Shown piece after piece: positions 8,354 through 18,300 of a stretch of 19,657 nt of DNA; within the stretch, counting starts at the first letter, position 1; each line of letters opens with the position of its first letter. The notes beneath the pieces are model-generated. The model saw nothing but the letters and a program-made list of their open reading frames with translations. It searched no databases and was not told the origin of the DNA. The position numbers and the translations under genes were made by a program. The stretch covers positions 1 through 19,657 of the forward strand of contig NW_021824161.1 in NCBI RefSeq assembly GCF_006345805.1. Reading direction: 5' to 3'. The stretch is from Octopus sinensis. Its lineage: Eukaryota.

Positions 8354-11300
8354 ATCATCATCATCATCATCATCATCATCTGTTTTCCATCCTGGCATGA
8401 GCTATACTGTGTAACTGGAGCTGGTGAGCCGGAGGGCTGCTCGAGTCATCCGTTTTGACATGGGTTTTATAGCTGGATGCCCTTCCTAATGCCAACCACT
8501 TTACAGAATGTATTGGGTAGTTTGTACGTGTCACCAGGACAGGTACCCTTCACGTGTCACTGGCACGAATGCCCTTTACGTAACACCACCACAGGTACCC
8601 TTTACATGTCACCAGGACAGGTACCCTTCACGTGTCAGAGGCACGAATGCCCTTTATGTAACACCAGCACAGGTGCCCTTTACATGTCACCAGGACAGGT
8701 ACCCTTCACATGTCACCAGGACAGGTGCCCTTCACGTGTCAGAGGCACAAATGCCCTTATGTAACACCAGCACAGGTGCCCTTTACATGTCACCAGGACA
8801 GGTGCCCTTCACGTGACACTGGCACAAATGCCCTTATGTAAAACCGGCACAGGTGCCCTTTTCATGCCACCAATACAGGTACCCTTCATGTGTCACTGGC
8901 AAGGACCATGATTCACTTATTTTGATGTAACTTCTTAAATCGCCAAATCTCCCGGTCCCTTGTCATTTCCTCAGTGAGGGCCAGCATCTAAAGTTCCTTT
9001 CTCACCACTTCATCCCACATCTTCCTGTGTCTACTCCTTTCACAGGTTCCCTCCACAGTGAGAGATCAGCCCTTTTTTACACTGCCCTTATCCACATGCA
9101 TCACATTACCAATGTGATGTATGTGGATTTCGTTGGACCAAGGCTATAGTAGAAACCTGCCCAAGGTGCTAAGCAGTGGGATTGAACCTGGAACCACGTG
9201 GTTGGGAAGCAAGCTTCTTACCACACACATCATCATCATCGTTTAACGTCCGTTCTCCATGCTAGCATGGGTTGGACAGTTCGACCGGGGTTCTGGGAAG
9301 CCAGAAGGCTGCACCAGGCTCCGGTCTAATCTGGCAATGTTTCTACAGCTGGATGCCCTTCCTAACGCCAACCACTCCGTGAGTGTAGTGGGTGCTTTTT
9401 ACGTGCCACCTGCACAGGTGCCAGGCGAGGCTGGCAACGGCCACGGTCGGATTGGTGTATTTTATGTGATATTTTATAATTAATTAATTATTATAATTAA
9501 GGGTACACAAAGTACCCAGCTTTCTAAAAATAAGAGACAAAAATACTCTAATGAGCTACAGTTTCCCTGAAAACATATCAAACCGACAGGAAGCGTGCAA
9601 TGAGCAAGGAAGTTAACTCACCATCTTGATGATGATGATGACGATGACGATAACAACGACATAAGTGGCCAGCAAGCAATTATTCCGATAAAGGGGAAAT
9701 ACATAAATTTTATAATTAATTAATAATCATGATTAAGGGTACACGAAATTACCAGCTTGCTCGATGGGCTTCTTTCAGTTTCCATCTATCAAATCCACTC
9801 ACAAGGCTTTCGTTGGCCCGAGGCTATAGTAAAAGACACTTGTCCAAGGTGCCACGCAGTGGGGTTGAACCTGGAACCATGTGGTTGGTGAGCAAGCTTC
9901 TTACCATACAAGCCACACCTTCACCCATACTCTTTACTCTTTTACTTGTTTCAGTCATTTGACTGCGGCCATGCTGGAGCACTGCCTTTAGTCGAGCAAA
10001 TCGACCCCAGGACTTATTCTTTTTTGTAAGCCCAGTACTTATTCTATCGGTCTCTTTTGCCAAACCGCTAAGTGACGGGGGCGTAAACACGCCAGCATCG
10101 GTTGTCAAGCAATGCTAGGGGAACAGACACACAAACACACACACATATATATATATATACATACATATATACGACAGGCTTCTTTCAGTTTCCGTCTACC
10201 AAATCCACTCACAAGGCTTTGGTCGGCCTGAGGCTATAGTAGAAGACACTTGCGTAAGGTGCCACGCAGTGGGACTGAACCTGGAACCATGTGGTTGGTT
10301 AGCAAGCTACTTACCACACAACCACTCCTGCGCCTATATGAAATATCTAAAAATGCTTTTTAAATATGTGATGTGATTGTTCTGTTTTCCGTTTCTCTTG
10401 AAGGATGGAAGCAAACCAGATCTCCCAAAACAATATCTCAACTTTCCTGATGTGAGTATTTCTTTGGTCTTTATCTCTTGTTGTTGATGTTGTTTGTTTG
10501 TTCGTTTGTTGAGCAAAGCGGTCTTCGTCCCAGAGTTCGCAAGATCACGCTTCCGGATTGTCTGTAGTGGGAGAAGTCCGAAACGTGATCCTTTGCTATT
10601 CGTAAGACCCGCAGAAGAGAAAGCAGGTCAACTTCCGATACTGAGAGCATCAACGGATGGATGAATGCGCATCCAGGCTCAGCGGTTGCGTTTGTTGAGC
10701 GAAGCTGTCTTCGTCCCAGAGCTTGCAAGTAATGGGAGAAGTCCAAACGTGGTCCTTTGCTATTTGTAAGACTCGCAGAAGAGAAAACAGGTCAACCTCC
10801 GATACCAAGAGCATCAGCAGATGGATGAATGCGCATCCAGGCTCAGCGGTTGCGTAGGAAGTCGGGGACAAGAAACAGGAAGAAAGAGTGAGAGAAAGTT
10901 GGAGCGAAAGAGTACAACAGGGGTCGCAAGATCACGCTTCAGGATTGTCTGCAGTGGGAGAAGTCCGAAACACGGTCCTTTGCTATTCCTAAGACCCGCA
11001 GAAGAGAAAGCAGGTCAACCCCCGACACCGAGAGCATCAACGGATGGATGAATGCGCATCCAGGCTCAGCGGTTGAGAGAAAGTTTGAGAGAAAGTTGGA
11101 GCGAAAGAGTACAACAGGGGTCGCCACCACCCACTGCCGGAGCCTCGTGGAGCTTTAGGTGCTTTCGCCCAATAAACACACACAACGCCCGGTCTGGGAA
11201 TCAAACTCACGATCCTCCAACCGCAAGTCCGCTGCCATAACCATTGGGCCATTGCGCCTCCACTGTTGTTGCTGTTGCTGCTGTAATTACTGCTGCTGCA

Positions 11301-14113
11301 GCTGCTGCCATGCCAGTTGTTGCTGTTGTTTCAACCCTAGGTCAATCCTGATCCAGCAGGCTGATGATCAGAGATGATCCAGCTGTGACCATCCTGTCTT
11401 TTATTCAGGCATAGTGTATCTAGGACTACATTATCTAATGTGTCCTTGTTTAGTCATGTCTCTCTTGATCCAGCTGACCTATGATCAGAGATGTTCCGAC
11501 TGCGACCACCCTGTCTTTTATTCAGGCATAGTGTATCTAGGACTACATTATCTGATGTATCCTTCCTTATCCTTGTTTAACCCCAGGTAAGCTGTGGACA
11601 CATGGGAAGATAGTTTTTGTGTGTGGCAGATGCACAGGTGCAATAAACACTGAAGATGTACAGGAAGCAGATTCCATCACATGCCAGGGGGAAAAACTTG
11701 AAGTAATTGATAGCTTCTGTTACCTAGGTGACCAAGTCAGTAGTAGGAGTGGATGCCCTGAGAGTGTGGCTACTAGAATAAGAATAGCCTGGGCAAAGTT
11801 CAGAGAGCTCTTACCTCTGCAGGTGACAAAGGGCCTCTTGCTCAGAGTGAAAGGTAGATTGTATGATGCCTGTGTTTGAACAGCTGTGCTACGCAGTGGT
11901 GAAACATGGGCTGAGGACATGTGTAGGATTGAAAGAAATGAAGCTAGTATGCTCTGCTGGATGTGTAATGTCAGTGTGTCTACATGACAGAGTGTGAGTG
12001 CCCTGAGAAAGAAGTTGGACATAAGAAGCATCAGATGTGGTGTGCAAGAGAGATGACTGTGCTGGTATGGTCATGTGTTGCGAATGGCTGAGGACAGCTG
12101 TATGAAAATGTGTCATACCCTAACAGTGGAGGTAACCTGTGGAAGAGGGAGACCCAGGAACACATGGGAGGAGGTGGTGAAGCACGACCTTTGAATGTTG
12201 GGCCTCACAGAGGCAATGACAAGTGACCGAGACCTTCGGAGATATGCTGTGCTTGAGAAAACTGGCAAGCCAAGTGAGATCATATTTGTGGCCGATGCCA
12301 GTGTTGCATGACTGACCCATTTAAAGGCACCCTTCAATTGTCGAGCAATATGCCGTGCTTGTGAAGACCTGTCGAACCAAGTGAAATTGTAGTCAAGGCC
12401 GATGCCAGTGCTGCCTCACTGGCACCCATGCTGGTGGCACGTAAAAAGCACCATTCAAGCATGGTTTATGCCAGTGCCACCTGACTGGCACCCTTGTTGG
12501 GAGCACATAAAAAGCACCCACTACACACTCAGAGTGGTTGGCGTTAGGAAGGGCAACCAGCTATAGAAACCTTGCCAGACCAGACTGGAACCTGGTGCAG
12601 CCTCCTGGTTTGCCAGTCCACAGTCAAACCATCCAACCCATGCCAGCACGGAAAGCGGATGTTAAACAATTATGATGATGGTGATGATATATATATATAT
12701 ATATAATTTTTTTTTTCAGAATGAGATAAAAAACCTAAAAAACCAAGACTGTGGAGATTTTAGAACATTTATAGAAAGAAGGTCTTACAGCTGTTTCCAG
12801 GATATTTATTTATTATATCCCTTCATCAGAGATGGTATGAGAGGATGGTTAAGCAATAATTAATTTAGATAAGATATGAAATATACAGTGGAGTGGAGGA
12901 ATGAAAATAGATGTGAGATATGCAGGGATATTGCACTTGTAGATCTAGTATTTTGGCAGAATGGTATACATATAAGATTTGAATACGCCTATATATATAT
13001 ATATTATATATATATATATGTATGTATAAAAAATATATATAAAAATACAAAATGGGACAAGAACATAAAACACTCAAAGAAACGACACAAAAAACGGACG
13101 GGTCATTCGAAGCCTCTAATCTTCAGTCAAGAACCGGATCATCCTCGCAATTTCGGCTGATTAATCTTGAGATCGCTCCAATCCGGCCGGCCCCAAGGAA
13201 AAACTAAGCTACGAGCATTAGATTTCTTGGAAAAAGGATCGAATGTATACGAAACAAGGACAGAAAAACGGACGATGCCAGACGAATATAAATACAAAAT
13301 AACAATAATAGTACTAACAGGCCAAAAACAGCGGGCGTCTTACGACTTTAGACAGTTCAACTTTGGAAAAAATGTCTTTACGGCAGATGAAGAAATCGAT
13401 ATATATATATATATATCACTGTGATCACCGTGACCGACCAGGCTATCAGATGTTGCTACACATCGCTGGTCACAATGTGCTCTGCATTGTTTAAGCCTTC
13501 AAATGACGCCACCCCGCTGGCTAAGCGAGCAGGCCAATATATATATAAATATCATCATCACCATCATCATCATCATCGTTTAACGTCCGTTTTCCATGCT
13601 AGTATGGGTTAGACAGTTCAACTGGGGTCTGGGAAGCCAGGGGCTGCACCAGGCCCAGTTTGATCTGGCAGTGTTTCTACAGCTGGATGCCCTTCCTAAC
13701 GCCAAAATATATTGTTTGTGTTTTCCTATTTATGTATATTATGAATGTATTTACACACCTTTTGTGTGTATAAAAATGTGTGCTGTATGTAGTGGTTCTT
13801 GTTTCTTTTTTTGTCAGGGTTTTGTGTTGGCCTATGACGTGACGAACTGGGAGTCATTCCAGCGGCTGGACAAACTAAAGAAGGACATTGACAAGCATCG
13901 AGATAAGAAAGAGGTGAGTTCTGTATTATATACATATGGAATATGGACATTAGGAGTGGCTGTGTGGTAAGTAGCTTGCTTACCAACCACATGGTTCTGA
14001 GTTCAGTCCCACTGCGTGGCATCTTGGGCAAGTGTCTTCTACTATAGCCCCGGGCCGACCAAAGCCTTCTGAGTCGATTTGGTAGTCGGAAACTGAAGGA
14101 AGCCCGTCGAATA

Positions 14114-14144
<31 letters not shown>

Positions 14145-15327
14145 TTCTTTACTACCCACAAGGGGCTAAACACAGAGGGGACAAACAAGGACAGACAAAG
14201 GGATTAAGTCGATTACATCGACCCCAGTGTGTAATTGGTACTTAATTTATCGACCCCGAAAGGATGAAAGGCAAAGTCGACCTCGGCGGTATTTGAACTC
14301 GGAACGTAACGACAGATGAAATACGGCTACGCAGGTTGCCCAGCGTGCTAACGTTTCTGCCAGCTCGCCGCCTTTATATATATATGTATGTGTGTGTGTA
14401 TATGTTTGTATGTCTGTGTTTGTCCCCCCAACATCGCTTGACAACCGATGCTGGTGTGTTTACGTCCCCGTAACCTAGCAGTTCGGCAAAACAGACCGAT
14501 AGAATAAGTACTGGGCTTACAAAGAATAAGTCCTGGGGTCAATTTGCTCGACTAAAGGCGGTGCTCCAGCATGGCCGCAGTCAAATGACTGAAACAAGTA
14601 AAAGAGTAAAGAGTATTAACCTTTATATTCTACCTGTTTTAGGGTTAGACTGACCAGATCAGGCTTTTCACGCCTATCCTACAATGTCATTTTAACCCTT
14701 TTGTTACTGTATTTTTGTTGAGATGCTCTGTGTTTATTTTAATTAATTTTAAATATAACAAAGAATTTAGTAAAATAACTTAGTTATCATTCAGCTAGTG
14801 TTAGGAACACAAATTGTGACTAAGGTTTGGTGGAAGATTTTAATTCAAAACTTATGAGAACAAGACATTTGTACTACAGAGCCAGAGGCAGTTTCAGTGG
14901 GGTTGGTATCAAAAGGGTTAGAAATATCATGGTGACTTTAACCCTTTTGTTACCATATTTCTGTTGAGATGTTCTGTGTTTCTTTCAATTAATTTTGAAT
15001 ATAACAAAGAATTTAGTAAAATAACTTAGTTATCATTCAGCTAGTGTTAGGAACATAAATTGTGACTAAGGTTTGGTGGAAGATTTTAATTCAAAACTTA
15101 TGAAAACAAGACATTTGTACTACAGAGCCAGAGGCAGTTTCAGTGGGGTTGGTATCAAAAGGGTTAAAAATATCATGGTGACTTTAACCCTTTTGTTACC
15201 ATATTTCTGTTGAGATGCTCTGTGTTTCTTTCAATTACTTTAAATATAATAAAGAATTTAGTAAAATAACTTTGTTATCATTCAGCTAGTGTTAGGAGCA
15301 TAAATTGTGTAAGCAGATGTTAAATGA

Positions 15328-15364
<37 letters not shown>

Positions 15365-18300
15365 GACACCCATGAAAGGGTGCTGAAAGGCTCCTGGCTT
15401 TGAGTAAAAGAAATTACAGGAAGATCAGTTAATTATGATTTTATTAAATACTAGCAGTATCGCCCGGTGTTGCTTGGGTTTGTAAGGGAAATAACTATAT
15501 AAGCATTTTTAGAGAGTTATAGCCAAAAAATAGCAAAAAAATGCATTAAAAATGGGAAAAAATGGGAAATTTTTTAAAAATCGTTGACTCATCATAGACA
15601 TTTTTAGAGAGTTACTTCCCTTATATAATAGCGAAAAAATGCATTAAAATGGAAAAAAATGATGGTAAATTATTTTTAAAGTCGTATACTCATCGTAGAT
15701 GCGTGCTAATATCCAGAAGGGCTTGATATGAATCACGACTATAAGATACCCGTTTTTGGTTACACTGCACCGCAAAATGTGGGAGTAGTTAGGAATCTAA
15801 ATCGTAGGAGACAGACACACCACTTGACTTTTATATATAAAGATATTCCCCTCTCGGATTCACACACATTTCAGTGGTCCTTCAGTTTTTCTAAAAGAAC
15901 TCAGAAGGTTGGGCCTCCAACAAGGCATTTCATGTTACCCTTAGAGCCAGGAACTTTTCAGCACCCCCTCGTGTGTGTGTATACTTGTATGTGTTTCTGT
16001 CTGAGAGAATCGCAGGACAATTGTTAGACAAGTCTCACAACTCACTCTCTTTCTCTGCTACAGGTGTTTATCATTGCTATTGGGAACAAGAAGGAGCTGC
16101 AAGACTGCCGCCAGGTTGACTACAATACAGCACAGTTGTGGGCCAATAAAGAGAAAGGTGAGTGGCCACATGCAGCATAGAATGTCTTCTCATCTCTTAC
16201 TCTTCCTCACACCCTCTCTCATCATCATCATCTATTATTATTATTACTGAGAGAGCAGTGCATGCCATCAAAGTGACACTGGGGTACAAATATACGAAGC
16301 CCAGTATATCCATCATGACTACCCGTCTGATAAGGGTACACCAGGCACATGCATCACAACCAAGTGTTCATGACATGGTGATCCCATATCAAGATAAACA
16401 GCAATTGACCTTGCAGGTGGGGCCCAGTTAGAATTTTCGTCTGGTTGAGTAGCCCATCCCACTCAAAAGGTCCCTGAATAAGGGTGGTTTAAGGATGTCG
16501 AACGTAACAACCATGTTTCCAAAGGTGAATTATTCAAACCCCTAAAGAATCCCTCTCAACACATGGCTATGATGCTCCCCCACTACTTCTGCTTGTGATC
16601 AGAGATGCACATATCATCAGCCACTAAGGGACATGCTCAACTGGTTAAGGTCAAACAACTGACAGGCAAATCTGTGGTATTGAACAGAATATTTGCTGTA
16701 GCCCATCTTTTATACCAAGACAAAACAATGTACATGATAACACTTCCAATCAGTTAAGATCAGAAGCCATGAGAGCCACTGCCTGGTGCTGCATCAAGGC
16801 ATTAGCAAATCTGTGGTATTGAGCAGAATATTTGCCGTAGGCCATCTTTTATACCAAGACAAAACAATGTACATGATAACACTTCCATCAGCTAAGATCA
16901 GAAGCCATGAGAGCCACTGCCTGGTACTGCATCACGGGCAATTAGCAAATCTGTGGTATTGAGCAGAATATTTGCTGTGGCCCATCTTTTATACCAAGAC
17001 AAAACAATGTAGATGATAACACTTCCAATCAGTTAAGATCAGAAGCCATGAGAGCCACTGCCTGGTACTGCATCAGGGCATTAGCAAATCTGTGGTATTG
17101 AGCAGAATATTTGCTGTAGCCCATCTTTTATACCAAGACAAAACAATGTACATGATAACACTTCCAATTAGTTAAGATCAGAAGCCATGAGAGCCACTGC
17201 CTGGTACTGCATCAAGGCATTAGCAAATCTGTGGTATTGAGCAGAATATTTGCTGTAGCCCATCTTTTATACCAAGACAAAACAATGTAGATGATAACAC
17301 TTCCAATTAGTTAAGATCAGAAGCCATGAGAGCCACTGCCTGGTACTGCATCAGGGCATTAGCAAACTGTGTATTGAGCAGAATATTTGCTGTGCCCATC
17401 TTTTATACCAAGACAAAACAATGTAGATGATACACTTCCAATCAGTTAAGATCAGAAGCCATGAGAGCCACTGCCTGGTACTGCATCAGGCATTAGCAAA
17501 TCTGTGGTATTGAGCAGAATATTTGCTGTGGCCCTCTTTTTTACCAAGACAAAACAATGTAGATGATAACACTTCCAATCAGTTAAGATCAGAAGCCATG
17601 AGAGCCACTGCCTGGTACTGCATCAGGGCATTAGCAAATCTGTGGTATTGAGCAGAATATTTGCTGTAGCCCATCTTTTATACCAAGACAAAACAATGTA
17701 CATGATAACACTTCCAATTAGTTAAGATCAGAAGCCATGAGAACCACTGCCTGGTACTGCATCAGGGCATTAGCAAATCTGTGGTATTGAGCAGAATATT
17801 TGCCGTAGCCCATCTTTTATACCAAGACAAAACAATGTAGATAATAACACTTCCAATCAGTTAAGATCAGAAGCCATGAGAGCCACTGCCTGGTACTGCA
17901 TCAAGGCATTAGCAAATCTGTGGTATTGAGCAGAATATTTGCTGTAGCCCATCTTTTATACCAAGACAAAACAATGTAGATGATAACACTTCCAATTAGT
18001 TAAGATCAGAAGCCATGAGAGCCACTGCCTGGTACTGCATCAGGGCATTAGCAAACTGTGGTATTGAGCAGAATATTTGCTGTGGCCCATCTTTTATACC
18101 AAGACAAAACAATGTAGATGATAACACTTCCAATCAGTTAAGATCAGAAGCCATGAGAGCCACTGCCTGGTACTGCATCAGGGCATTAGCAAACTGTGGT
18201 ATTGAGCAGAATATTTGCTGTGGCCCATCTTTTATACCAAGACAAAACAATGTAGATGATAACACTTCCAATCAGTTAAGATCAGAAGCCATGAGAGCCA

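Noticed and set aside
9474-9759. Imperfect ~48-bp direct repeat (ttataattaatta...aagggtacac...ccagctt) around ~190 bp, as a possible LTR or TSD
   Set aside because: Too short, AT-rich and diverged, with no TG..CA ends or internal coding signal; class cannot be supported.
11265-11330. CTG/GTT-rich run as a poly-Gln or poly-Cys coding segment
   Set aside because: No splice signals or ORF context; it is a degenerate trinucleotide tract between two repeats.
12085-12120. CTGAGGA-cagctgtat-GAAA on the plus strand; also CTGATGA cores at ~5162 (-), ~11361 (+) and ~16615 (-)
   Set aside because: No stem I or III pairing, or no downstream GAAA. The first lies in LINE coding sequence, so these are chance matches.
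13090-13135. Second hammerhead candidate on the minus strand (CTGAAGA-ttagaggcttc-GAAT-gacccgtc)
   Set aside because: GAAA is GAAT, there is no convincing stem II, and the sequence after GTC cannot pair with the 5' flank. At most a decayed remnant.
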